From the NCBI GenBank assembly GCA_016930515.1, contig JAFGGO010000050.1, positions 1 to 38,525 of the forward strand: 38,525 nucleotides of DNA. Direction: 5' to 3'. This document shows, in pieces, positions 1 to 9,075 of the stretch. Every line of letters starts with the position of its first letter. The first letter of the stretch is position 1. Made by a program: the position numbers and the translations under genes. Under the pieces are notes generated by a model. The model searched no databases. It was given only the letters and a program-made list of their open reading frames with translations, and was not told the DNA's origin. Origin of the DNA: Promethearchaeota archaeon (GTDB lineage Archaea > Asgardarchaeota > Lokiarchaeia > Sigyniarchaeales > SOKP01).

Positions 1-2103
1 TAATCTTTCTTTCCCAAAAATATTCGTTCCAATGCTATATAGCAATCGAGGAAAATATTTTTTTAATTCTTCAATCTTGTGAATTATTTCAGGATTTTCT
101 TTTAGGATAATTTGAAGATAATATCTTGCATAAGATCCAACAATAAATGTTGAAATTAATTTTGGCTTTATAAAGGGGGGATCCATCGATGAAAAATAAT
201 TTAATATATTGTTCATATCTTCTTTTTTAAAATTTCGAATTTTGCTTTTTTTATATCTCTCCTCTAGTCTTTTATATCTAAGAGTAAGCATTTCTTCTAC
301 TAAATTTTTATTCATTATCATTTTTTCAATGGTGTCAAGATTATATATCATTATTTCACTACAAATATCAATAACTTCTAATAATGTTCTACTTTTTTCT
401 ATAATTTGTGAATATCTCTCTCTGTCTGAAAAATAAAGAGGAAGAAATTCCTTAATTATCCTTTCATAAATATTTTTTTCCCAAAATAATATGTTATCCT
501 CTAAATTGAATGAAATACCGTTAGTATCAATATAATCAAGAAAGGCTTTTTGATGGGTAATTCCTAAATTTCCTTTTAGGATTTTTTTCATAAAATTTAA
601 TCCTTGAAGGAGTGAATTTAATAGTGTTTTCAAATAAAAAAATCCAAATTTTTTATTTTTTCCAATCATCTCTAAAATTGCTTGTTTTAAATCTTGGTTT
701 TTCTCAATTTTTTCAAAAATTTCCCTAAGTGAGTTATTTAATGAAATCTGGCTTAACTCCTCGTTTAAAAAATCATTTTTAATTTGTTTTATGGTATTTG
801 TTCTTTTTTCAAAACTAAACCCCGTAATTGCTAAATTTCTAAGTCTGTCAATTAATAAATATTCAATTAAGGAAAGATTATTTATTTTCTTAGTTAAATG
901 ATAATTAAAATCAAAATTAATATTATATTTCTCATCGTAATCTTGATGATTGGGGTTTATTATCCCTTCTCCATTGAAAAATTCTCTAAAAAAATTCATA
1001 TTTAATCTATTTGCTTTGCTTTGATATAAAAAACAATGTTTTTCAATTAGATATCCAGCTTCAATCAAATCTTCAATAAATCTAGTTAGATCCTTTAAAT
1101 ATACATTTGGAATTATGAACCAACCAAATACCTCAATAGAAAAATTTTTTTCTGATGACATTGATTCATAAAAAAAGGGAAGATCTTTAATTATGAGATC
1201 AATCTCTTTTCTTTTTAGAATAGGATGGAATCTAAAAGTACAGGAAATAGTATTTATCCCAATTAATGTAGTATCAATATCATAAGAAGGACCAACTGTA
1301 CTAAATTTATTGAGCCACTTTATATTTGAAATAAATTTATGTGGACTAAGATCTGTTTTAATATATCCATTTTTTTTAAATTTTATAAAATATCTCTTAT
1401 ATTCCTCTAAAGAATTAAAATTTTTGACTTTATAAAAGATTTTTATTAAAATTCGTATTACTTCAACCATTTCATTATTATATAACGAAATTGAAGTTTT
1501 AAAAAGAAATTCTTTAAATAAAACATCGTAAAATCCCTTAAATTTATTTTGAATCGTCAAAACATTATTTCTAATATATTCAAAAAAGAATATTTTTGGT
1601 TCAATTAATTGGTTGGTTCCTTTTAGATTTAGGAACTTGTCAATTTTATCAAACTGAGCCATCATAAATTCAGAATCAATATAAAGAATTCTGAATGCTT
1701 CAACCCATCTCTCTCTTGCTTCTAATTCCTCTAAATCATTAACTACCATTTGATTAATAAAGAGTTTCACAGCCATGTTATTTTTTAATGTGAATGGTAC
1801 AAAATAATAGTAAGCCTCTCTTAACAAAATAAAGGGGAAAAAATTATGATAAGAGTCGAATATTTCTACGATAAAAATATCCTGATAATACCTTTTTGTT
1901 CCGATATCAAGGAAATAATCTTTTTTATCAAAAAGAATTTGTTTTTTTGATTTCTTTTTAATAATTTTTACATTTAACTTGATATCGAATAATCCTAAAT
2001 ATATTTGAAGTTGTTCTAATAAGTCTTGAAAAAGTTGGTTGAGTTCAACTGTGGAAATTTCCTTTGGAATTTCTAACAAATCATTAACATAAAATTTATC
2101 CAT
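1..2103 (-). CDS. Large hypothetical protein (>701 aa, runs off the left edge); putative multi-domain regulator with a degenerate metallopeptidase-like N-terminus and Lrp/AsnC-like segments
   Basis: Absent from the ORF track. I read the frame from ATG (2103-2101, MDKFYVNDLLEIPK...) to base 1 and found no stop in 701 codons. Motifs: FPFILLREAYYYFVP and GPSYDIDTTLIGINTISCTFRFHP (Lrp-like linker/beta strand). A TTTAAATAT TATA-like box lies ~30 nt upstream. The CDS is secure; the function is inference. Confidence 0.8.
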   Translation of the reverse strand, partial: MDKFYVNDLLEIPKEISTVELNQLFQDLLEQLQIYLGLFDIKLNVKIIKKKSKKQILFDKKDYFLDIGTKRYYQDIFIVEIFDSYHNFFPFILLREAYYYFVPFTLKNNMAVKLFINQMVVNDLEELEARERWVEAFRILYIDSEFMMAQFDKIDKFLNLKGTNQLIEPKIFFFEYIRNNVLTIQNKFKGFYDVLFKEFLFKTSISLYNNEMVEVIRILIKIFYKVKNFNSLEEYKRYFIKFKKNGYIKTDLSPHKFISNIKWLNKFSTVGPSYDIDTTLIGINTISCTFRFHPILKRKEIDLIIKDLPFFYESMSSEKNFSIEVFGWFIIPNVYLKDLTRFIEDLIEAGYLIEKHCFLYQSKANRLNMNFFREFFNGEGIINPNHQDYDEKYNINFDFNYHLTKKINNLSLIEYLLIDRLRNLAITGFSFEKRTNTIKQIKNDFLNEELSQISLNNSLREIFEKIEKNQDLKQAILEMIGKNKKFGFFYLKTLLNSLLQGLNFMKKILKGNLGITHQKAFLDYIDTNGISFNLEDNILFWEKNIYERIIKEFLPLYFSDRERYSQIIEKSRTLLEVIDICSEIMIYNLDTIEKMIMNKNLVEEMLTLRYKRLEERYKKSKIRNFKKEDMNNILNYFSSMDPPFIKPKLISTFIVGSYARYYLQIILKENPEIIHKIEELKKYFPRLLYSIGTNIFGKERL

Positions 2104-2279
2104 AATATTATTAGAAAATTATTCTATTGCATATTTAAATTTATAAGCATAATTTAATTGAATATTTATAAAATCGAAAATTTACAGTTGATAGAAGGTT
2201 GCTTGAGATTCCAGTTTTTTTAAAAAATATAAAAAAAACAAAAAAAGATTTTTTCATTTATTTAAAAATTTGCAATAGA

Positions 2280-2396
2280 TTATGGTAAAGATTCAGCACA
2301 TCCTGGGATGCTAACACCCGCTTTGGACATCGTTATTCCATAACTAATTGCTAAGATCATTGCTAGTAATGCTTTATTTTTTTCTTCCTGTGTCAT
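2280..2396 (-). CDS. Small 38-aa peptide MTQEEKNKALLAMILAISYGITMSKAGVSIPGCAESLP
   Basis: ATG at 2396-2394 preceded by SD-like GAGGTTTGA. TAA stop at 2282-2280. Locally richer in GC than the flanks. Followed on the minus strand by T-rich terminator-like runs (~2215-2246). Hydrophobic N-terminal helix. Confidence 0.6.
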   Translation of the reverse strand: MTQEEKNKALLAMILAISYGITMSKAGVSIPGCAESLP

Positions 2397-2430
2397 GGTG
2401 AATCAAACCTCAACAAAAAAATATCTTGAT

Positions 2431-2483
2431 AATAATATTTAAACTACAATATAATCAGTAATATTATCCAAATAATATTTAAA
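2431..2483 (-). promoter_or_regulatory. Tandem TATA-like boxes (13-bp direct repeat AATAATATTTAAA at 2431 and 2471)
   Basis: Reads TTTAAATATTATT on the minus strand twice, 40 bp apart, ~35-45 and ~75-85 nt upstream of the peptide ATG. The AT-rich background weakens the significance. Confidence 0.35.
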
Positions 2484-2728
2484 ATAGACTAATTATTGAG
2501 TAAAAAAAATCTTTTTTTTAAATTTAATAACACAAAGAATTAGTAGAATCTAAGATCTAATGAAATAAGACCAATAAGGCTTTTTGGGGGGTTATATCTT
2601 ATTTTATCAGAACTATCATTATTTAATAATAGTAATTCATTAATATAATCCATTTATAATGTTATAACAATTCTATATATAATAAAATAAATCAAATTTT
2701 TTGCCGCAAGCACGGAGGATTAATTTTT

Positions 2729-3460
2729 GTGATAAAGAAACGCGATTTTTATCATCAAAACATTAAATACAGTTTTAATTGGAATTTACATCATCATAAA
2801 GAAAAATTGAAAGGATTAAGCGAGACGAGGGCGGAATTTAAACGACTTGGTACTTTCTTTAAACAAATCTATCAGACCTCTTTAGTTCCTAATAAAATTT
2901 TCGATGAAAAAACAAATCCTCGTATCTCACAGTTTAAAATTCGTGGTTTAAAAAACGGTTTTTTATCGAGTTTTGGAAGACAACTTATTCGTGAAGGTAA
3001 AATAAAAAAGTACGATTCAAGCTTTAAATTATCTAAATACGCTCAAAATGTTTATGAAACTTACAAAAAATATCATTTTCATAAGGTACCCGGACACGAA
3101 CCTATATTAAAACACATTCTTATCAAGGATAAAGATTCCGTGGCGATCGAGGTTCCTATTTGGAACAATATAGATGATAAATATATCACTGGACATATAG
3201 ACTTGATCCAAATCAATAGTAATGAAGATATCGTAAAAGTAATTGATTATAAACCTGAAGGAAAGTTTATGATCTCTCTCCCTCAAGTATCCACTTATGG
3301 TATTTTACTTCAGAAAATGCTAAAAATAAGCAAAATAAAATGCGTTTCATTTAATAGAGACGAAACTTGGGAATACGACCCTCAGCTTCTTTTAACTGAT
3401 GTTAAAGATTATTTAACTTCCCATGGTATAAAATATAGGATTTGGGAACAATTTGTTTAG
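2729..3460 (+). CDS. PD-(D/E)XK superfamily nuclease
   Basis: Motifs AIEVPIW...ITGHIDLI...KVIDYKP...QVSTYG match the RecB/PD-(D/E)XK core. No Cas4 Fe-S cysteine set. GGAGG upstream of the GTG start. Confidence 0.8.
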   Translation: MIKKRDFYHQNIKYSFNWNLHHHKEKLKGLSETRAEFKRLGTFFKQIYQTSLVPNKIFDEKTNPRISQFKIRGLKNGFLSSFGRQLIREGKIKKYDSSFKLSKYAQNVYETYKKYHFHKVPGHEPILKHILIKDKDSVAIEVPIWNNIDDKYITGHIDLIQINSNEDIVKVIDYKPEGKFMISLPQVSTYGILLQKMLKISKIKCVSFNRDETWEYDPQLLLTDVKDYLTSHGIKYRIWEQFV

Positions 3461-3472
3461 AAAAAATTTAGT

Positions 3473-3742
3473 TTATTCTTTCTCGTTTTTCTCCGATTCT
3501 TCTGACTTTAGATAATTTTGGAGAAAGTAAGATACAATAATCAACGCGATAACTTCTACGAATATCCCCAAGACACTTATCATAATGCCGTTCTGATTGA
3601 AATACCTCAATAAAATCGACACTAATAAACCAGAAGATACCATGATTACAAGCACTAGGCCTTTTACTATTTCGGCAACAGAATTCTTAATATATCCCAT
3701 TTGTTTGCCAATCCAAGAAAAAACTTTTACCATTACAATCAA
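3473..3742 (-). CDS. Small membrane protein (2 predicted TM helices)
   Basis: Two hydrophobic stretches and a charged C-terminal tail. Co-oriented downstream of the two large hypothetical genes. Confidence 0.65.
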   Translation of the reverse strand: MIVMVKVFSWIGKQMGYIKNSVAEIVKGLVLVIMVSSGLLVSILLRYFNQNGIMISVLGIFVEVIALIIVSYFLQNYLKSEESEKNEKE

Positions 3743-3821
3743 GTATCAATTCTTTAAATAAGACTATTTTGAATAAATTTAGAATTCTATTAATATCTTA
3801 TGTAATTTTGATGTTTTTCAA

Positions 3822-6062
3822 TCAAGTAGTTTTACGCTTCTCTTTGAATTTCGTGTAAAGAATCTTGTCAAATAATTTTCCAATTCTAATTGCAATACTA
3901 GATGCAATTTCATATTTATCGCCATCAATTAAAATGTTATCTTGTTGAGACGAACCCAACCTTTTTGTTAAAACATTTTCAGCAATACTTTTTACAATAA
4001 ATTTTATTTTTTCATCGTCTGGCAGGTTTTGATTGGGTGCAAAGTTTTTTATTTTTTCAATGGCAAAGCTGAAATATTGACAAAATAAATCTATAGAATC
4101 TCCCTGAAGTTCGCTATGGTTCTTAATGTGCTCGGTGGCGGTTTTTATATCTTTTTCTTGCCAATAAAATTGTGTTGGATTAAATCCCGGTTTATTAATA
4201 TTGATGAGCGTAGATGTGATTCTTCTTTCGATCCAGTTTAAAGTACTAGTTTTTTGTTCTAAACGGAACTCTTTAATCTTTTTTTGCTTTTGCATTTCTT
4301 TAAGTTCAAGCCTTTTTTGAATGGCCACCGCTCGATTTGATTCAAATTCTTCAAACCTTTTTATGATATCAAAAGATATACAATAAGAAACGGGAAAAAT
4401 TTTTTCTGGATCTAATTTTAATAATGCAAAATTCTTATAAAAAAAGCTAGGTTCTTCTTTTAACTTCTTAATATTACTCCTTAGAGTAGATTCTGTTAGT
4501 CTAGCTAAAATAAATCCATTAATCAAAAAAGGTTTATTGCTCGAATTTAAAATTAATACTAGCTCGTTCTGAAGATTAATGATTCGCTTTATAAGAAGTT
4601 CCTCAAGCTTGATAAACAACCATTCTTCTTGTTCTTTGAAAGTATTCATTTTTTTTAAAGCCAAGAGAAATAATGACCTTTCGTTGGAAATTTTTGTATA
4701 TAACTCAATTATTCTTCCAAGCGGTCTGAATATCTTAGAAAAAATATAATAAAATATTTCTCTGACGATGTTGTTTAATATGTCTTCAAAATTAAGTAAT
4801 AATAAGATGTGAGAATAATCAATAAGCCCCATTCCCGTAAAAAAAATGCGGTCTATTATTGTTTTTTTTTGGTTAAGATTTTCAACATTAATTTGGGCAC
4901 TAGAAAGGATCTCTGGGAGATTTTTTAGATTTTTCTCTCTTAGCGTCATGATTTCAAATTTATCTATATTGTAGCGTATTAAGTTTTTTTTCACCTGTTT
5001 GGCTTTTTCTTCTGAAGAATCCATTAAATAAAGAATGTCGTTTACACCATTTTTTTTAAAAAGATAGATCACTTCAGAAAAGCTAATTTCGTTTAGTGCT
5101 TGAATAAAATAGACAAGATCATTGGGATTTGCGCTTAGTTTTTCTAATATTTTTTTTTTTAATATATTCAATATTTTTTCTTCAAAATCATCGAAATGAA
5201 TTTTTTGATCTAAATATTTTTCTATATTTGTAATAATTTCTTTTTTAAAATTATTTGCTTCCAAGAATTCTTTAAGTGCAGGGACTGAAATGGGAAAATA
5301 ATTAAAATAATGATCGAAAATCTTTTTTTTTATTTTATTTAAAGGCAATTCTTCGACTTGTAGTTCTCTGTAAGATTTAAATTCAAAATCTTTTTGAATC
5401 CTTGAAATGCTACGAAGTAAAGCAGAAGACTCGATAAATTTATCCTCCTTTTCGTCCCGTTCGAGTTTTGACTCTAATTCAATCGATAAATCCTTTAATT
5501 TAGAATATTTTTCCAGAATTTGGGTTTTTAGCAAATCTGTCAAACCAATGGTATCACTTACAAAATCGTAAAAGAAAAAAGCGGGATAATCTCCTTTTAC
5601 GATTTCAAGGAGTTCTTTCTCAATATCTTTCTCGATATTGCTTATATCGCGAGAATTATACCTTTTGTAATCTCTTTCATCGATACAATAAGATATAAAC
5701 TTCATTTCTCTTTGTATTTTCCTATGTAATAAGTTAATCTCCAGATTTAATGATTTATCCGATAATAGAGAAATTTCATTAAAAAGAATTAGTTTCTCTT
5801 TTGCTTCTAAATTTTTTGTTGCTTCTTCTGAAGTAAGATCTTCCCTCAGTTCGTGTTCAACTTTAATACCAGCACTATGATAAAGGTGTACTGCTGTTGC
5901 TGCTATAAGAAAATCATTTAATGTTGCGTTTTTATCTACAAGCTCAAAGATCTTTTTTTTATCTGCTTCTCTCTTAAAATGGGTCGTTATTAAATTTAAA
6001 GTCTGAAAATACCGGTAAGTACTTTCTACAGCTGTTGACTTCCTTTGGATTCCACTAATCAT
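3822..6062 (-). CDS. Large alpha-helical hypothetical protein (~746 aa)
   Basis: Long ORF. The start is more likely ATG at 6062 (ATGA overlap with the upstream stop at 6059-6061) than 6077. No recognisable motif. Confidence 0.8.
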   Translation of the reverse strand: MISGIQRKSTAVESTYRYFQTLNLITTHFKREADKKKIFELVDKNATLNDFLIAATAVHLYHSAGIKVEHELREDLTSEEATKNLEAKEKLILFNEISLLSDKSLNLEINLLHRKIQREMKFISYCIDERDYKRYNSRDISNIEKDIEKELLEIVKGDYPAFFFYDFVSDTIGLTDLLKTQILEKYSKLKDLSIELESKLERDEKEDKFIESSALLRSISRIQKDFEFKSYRELQVEELPLNKIKKKIFDHYFNYFPISVPALKEFLEANNFKKEIITNIEKYLDQKIHFDDFEEKILNILKKKILEKLSANPNDLVYFIQALNEISFSEVIYLFKKNGVNDILYLMDSSEEKAKQVKKNLIRYNIDKFEIMTLREKNLKNLPEILSSAQINVENLNQKKTIIDRIFFTGMGLIDYSHILLLLNFEDILNNIVREIFYYIFSKIFRPLGRIIELYTKISNERSLFLLALKKMNTFKEQEEWLFIKLEELLIKRIINLQNELVLILNSSNKPFLINGFILARLTESTLRSNIKKLKEEPSFFYKNFALLKLDPEKIFPVSYCISFDIIKRFEEFESNRAVAIQKRLELKEMQKQKKIKEFRLEQKTSTLNWIERRITSTLININKPGFNPTQFYWQEKDIKTATEHIKNHSELQGDSIDLFCQYFSFAIEKIKNFAPNQNLPDDEKIKFIVKSIAENVLTKRLGSSQQDNILIDGDKYEIASSIAIRIGKLFDKILYTKFKEKRKTT

Positions 6063-8371
6063 GATTCCTTTACCCATTCCTTGTAAACCGTTTTAAAGTT
6101 ATTTGAAATATAAATTTTGATTCTATCATGCCAATATTTAAAATTAATAACATGATAGAAATCTTCAGAAAATAAATCTTTCTCTTGTTCCGATAATTTT
6201 TGCTTAAGAATAATAGATGAAGGAAGAGGTAATAATTGAGAATAATACATTAATTCAGATTTTTTTAAATATTCGTAAAAAGAATCTATATCTAAGTTAA
6301 AATCTGGATTTTCCTTTATTTCAAAAACATTTATCGTTTCTAACACCATATTAATTACTTTTTCGAATAAGATCTTACCGTGAGTTATATTTTTTTTTAA
6401 AAGGTCATAAAAAATCTCAAGTCCCGCCTTCTTTTCTGCATTAGAGATTTTTTCTATTGAGGTACTTATGATTTTTAAAAAACCTTCTAATTTAAGTTCA
6501 GTTTCCTCCCTAATATCGATATAATCTAGAAAATCCTCAACGATTTCGCACAAATCCCTCTTATCATTGTCTTTTTCTTTGAAGAATTGTTTTGCATAAT
6601 CTTGAATCCAATTTAGGATGTATTCTTTCCAATATAAATCAATCCCTCCAACTCTTCTTTCTAAAAAGCGGTGAAAATGACTGGAAAAGGTTACAGGGTC
6701 CTTTATGTTGCTATACATTTGTTCTGTTAAAAATCGATTTATTGAACTATATTTAGTGATATAGGATGTTAAAAAACGAATTTGACCTGGGAATTTTTTG
6801 AAGTTATCAATATAATCCCCAATTGAATAACTTGGTTCGAACTTTTCTTTAATTAAATCAATATGTTTTTCAGGAGAGAGATTTAAATTGTTAATAAAAG
6901 GTCTAATACTCTGTTTTACAACATCTTTTAATCTCTCGATAAGAATGTGTTCCTCCAAGGGATTCTCTATTTCATAATGAAAGTTAGAATCACTCTTTTC
7001 TATTAGAATTTCTTTTAATAATTCAATATATTCATCAATTAAGGGATTTATATTTAAATCTGGCTCTTTAATATTATCTTTGAGATTATTTGCATATATT
7101 TGAATAAATTGAGCAAGCCTTCTTCTCATTAAATAATTAGGTAGGGAGTTGAGAATATTATCGTATGTCTTTTTAAATATTTCTCCTAAATAATTTAAAA
7201 TTGACCGGAATTCTGATGCTCTCAGCTCTTTCTTCTTATTAACAGATTGATTAATTAGCGTTTGAGCTATTTCAAGAAGTAATTCAAAATCTATACCTTC
7301 TAATTTGCCTTTTTCTTTAACATAAAACCAATATTTGTCTTTTAGATCCTTTAATCCTCCTCTCTCACCTGAAATCAAAAATTCGTTTGAATATTGAAGG
7401 AATTTATTTGAATACATGTTCATCTTTGTTAACATTTGCCTTAAAAGAGAATCCACATCAGAGATATATTTTTTTTTATTTATTGGTTCAATATCTTGCA
7501 TTATTTTACTAAGTATATATGAAACGAATTTATCTTGGATCTCGTCTAAGGTTCCAATATCGCACAGATCGAAAAGATCTATTCCAAATTTTATCGTGTT
7601 TTCAAGAATAAAATTCATACTTGGTTCGGATATTAAATATCTCATGTAATCAATTCCTATCTTGTTTTTAAGAGGCATGTGTTGTTTTTTAAATCGAGAA
7701 TTCTTCAATATCACCTCTCGAGGTTTTTTATGCCATTTAATGGTGATATTAGAAGAATTTGTTGCGTAAGTATGTATATAATTCTTTCCAGTTGGCTCGG
7801 ATCCAATCAAACCAATTAATTTTTTATCCCATTTTTTTTCAATTAATTCTCCATATAGTTTTTTACTAAATCTGGATGCGAATTTTTGCCTTAACCTATT
7901 TTTTTGGTCATTCTCTAAATCAGGTCGATCGATAAATTCTTCCACTTCCGAAAATAATTTACTTATTTCATCTATAGAATTTTTTGAACTATGCACATCT
8001 AAAATCCCTAACTCTGGTTTTAATGCAAGAAGTAAACATTCGCTTTCTTTATATTGTCCTGGAAGCAATATCATCGATTTAGGGAAGATTCCAAGGCGTT
8101 CTTGCTTCTCTTTTTTTACCGAATCCTTGTTTAAAAGTAAAAATTCAATTGAAAAAAGCTCAGAACCAGTGAAATCTCGAAGAATCGCGTTGTATGTGTT
8201 AAGAAATTTGATGACTTCGTGATATAAATTTATTATTTTCTCTCTTGTTAAATTGCCCGGACCAATGACATCTCCTACTGTAATTTCGTCGTTTTTAGAA
8301 GAAATATAGCCGAAAATGATTGAATATTGGTAATTAATCGCTTCTCTGGTCGTAATCATGTTTAAATTCAA
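6059..8371 (-). CDS. Large hypothetical protein (770 aa), possible N-terminal longin-like domain followed by a helical body
   Basis: Long ORF translationally coupled to the downstream gene. The N-terminal beta-beta-alpha-beta-beta-beta-alpha-alpha pattern is inferred from hydrophobic periodicity only. Confidence 0.75.
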   Translation of the reverse strand: MNLNMITTREAINYQYSIIFGYISSKNDEITVGDVIGPGNLTREKIINLYHEVIKFLNTYNAILRDFTGSELFSIEFLLLNKDSVKKEKQERLGIFPKSMILLPGQYKESECLLLALKPELGILDVHSSKNSIDEISKLFSEVEEFIDRPDLENDQKNRLRQKFASRFSKKLYGELIEKKWDKKLIGLIGSEPTGKNYIHTYATNSSNITIKWHKKPREVILKNSRFKKQHMPLKNKIGIDYMRYLISEPSMNFILENTIKFGIDLFDLCDIGTLDEIQDKFVSYILSKIMQDIEPINKKKYISDVDSLLRQMLTKMNMYSNKFLQYSNEFLISGERGGLKDLKDKYWFYVKEKGKLEGIDFELLLEIAQTLINQSVNKKKELRASEFRSILNYLGEIFKKTYDNILNSLPNYLMRRRLAQFIQIYANNLKDNIKEPDLNINPLIDEYIELLKEILIEKSDSNFHYEIENPLEEHILIERLKDVVKQSIRPFINNLNLSPEKHIDLIKEKFEPSYSIGDYIDNFKKFPGQIRFLTSYITKYSSINRFLTEQMYSNIKDPVTFSSHFHRFLERRVGGIDLYWKEYILNWIQDYAKQFFKEKDNDKRDLCEIVEDFLDYIDIREETELKLEGFLKIISTSIEKISNAEKKAGLEIFYDLLKKNITHGKILFEKVINMVLETINVFEIKENPDFNLDIDSFYEYLKKSELMYYSQLLPLPSSIILKQKLSEQEKDLFSEDFYHVINFKYWHDRIKIYISNNFKTVYKEWVKES

Positions 8372-8580
8372 ACAAATAATTTTAATAATGTAATTTATAT
8401 TTTTCTATTTACCCGTATTTGGTTTGTAAATTTTAATTTTTAATTAGAAATTCATTTAACATATCATAAATTCAATTTGATTAAAATTAAAAAGAATAAA
8501 ATTCATTATAATAATATCGTTTCAATTTGATTATTTAGCTTTAAAAAAATCACATATAATTTTGTTGTAGGTGTATTTCT

Positions 8581-8985
8581 ATTCAATTTGGTTCTGATTT
8601 AGGAATAAATAATGAAGATATTGAAAAAATTAGCCCTCAAATTACATTTATCACTTCAAATGCAGATATAGAAGCAATAGCTTTAGTTTCATTCGAAGGC
8701 TACCAAATAGCTTTCTCCGCACTACCACAATATCATGTTGATGGAGATCAATTTTGTGGCCTTGGGGCCGCGCTCTTAATGACTGGTAGATCAACAATCC
8801 AAACTCTTTTTCAAGAAGATTTAAGCGAAATAATCGTAAGGGCTAACGATGGATACATTGTGATTACAAACGCTGGACGTCTCGTAATAGTCTGTGCGGG
8901 TACTAAAATCGACACTTTAATGAAAACCGTCAAGGTTATGAGAATTGCAGCAAAAAATTTGATTAAAATTTTTGAAGGAAGATAA
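8581..8985 (+). CDS. Roadblock/LC7 domain protein (~134 aa)
   Basis: The frame of the 8779 ORF extends upstream without a stop to 8560 and encodes the roadblock N-half (DIEAIALVSFEGYQIA...GLGAALL), followed by LSEIIVRANDGYIVITNAGRLVIV. No ATG/GTG/TTG lies in the extension. AGGTG at 8569-8573 precedes ATT at 8581. Confidence 0.85.
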   Translation: MQFGSDLGINNEDIEKISPQITFITSNADIEAIALVSFEGYQIAFSALPQYHVDGDQFCGLGAALLMTGRSTIQTLFQEDLSEIIVRANDGYIVITNAGRLVIVCAGTKIDTLMKTVKVMRIAAKNLIKIFEGR

Positions 8986-9075
8986 GTTTAATTTTTCTTT
9001 ATTTCTAACCTGTAATTACATTTATATCATTAACTGACCTTGTATTATGTTAAAATTATAATAAAAATAAAAAAG

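Noticed and set aside
209-436. Plus-strand 75-aa ORF, and the many other short ORFs antisense to long genes (e.g. within smc, trpB2, rqcH and the SIR2 fusion)
   Set aside because: They are shadows of well-supported genes on the opposite strand or in another frame, and have no motifs.
2729-3460. Cas4 / CRISPR adaptation gene
   Set aside because: Lacks the four Fe-S cysteines, and no repeat-spacer array or other cas genes are visible in the window.
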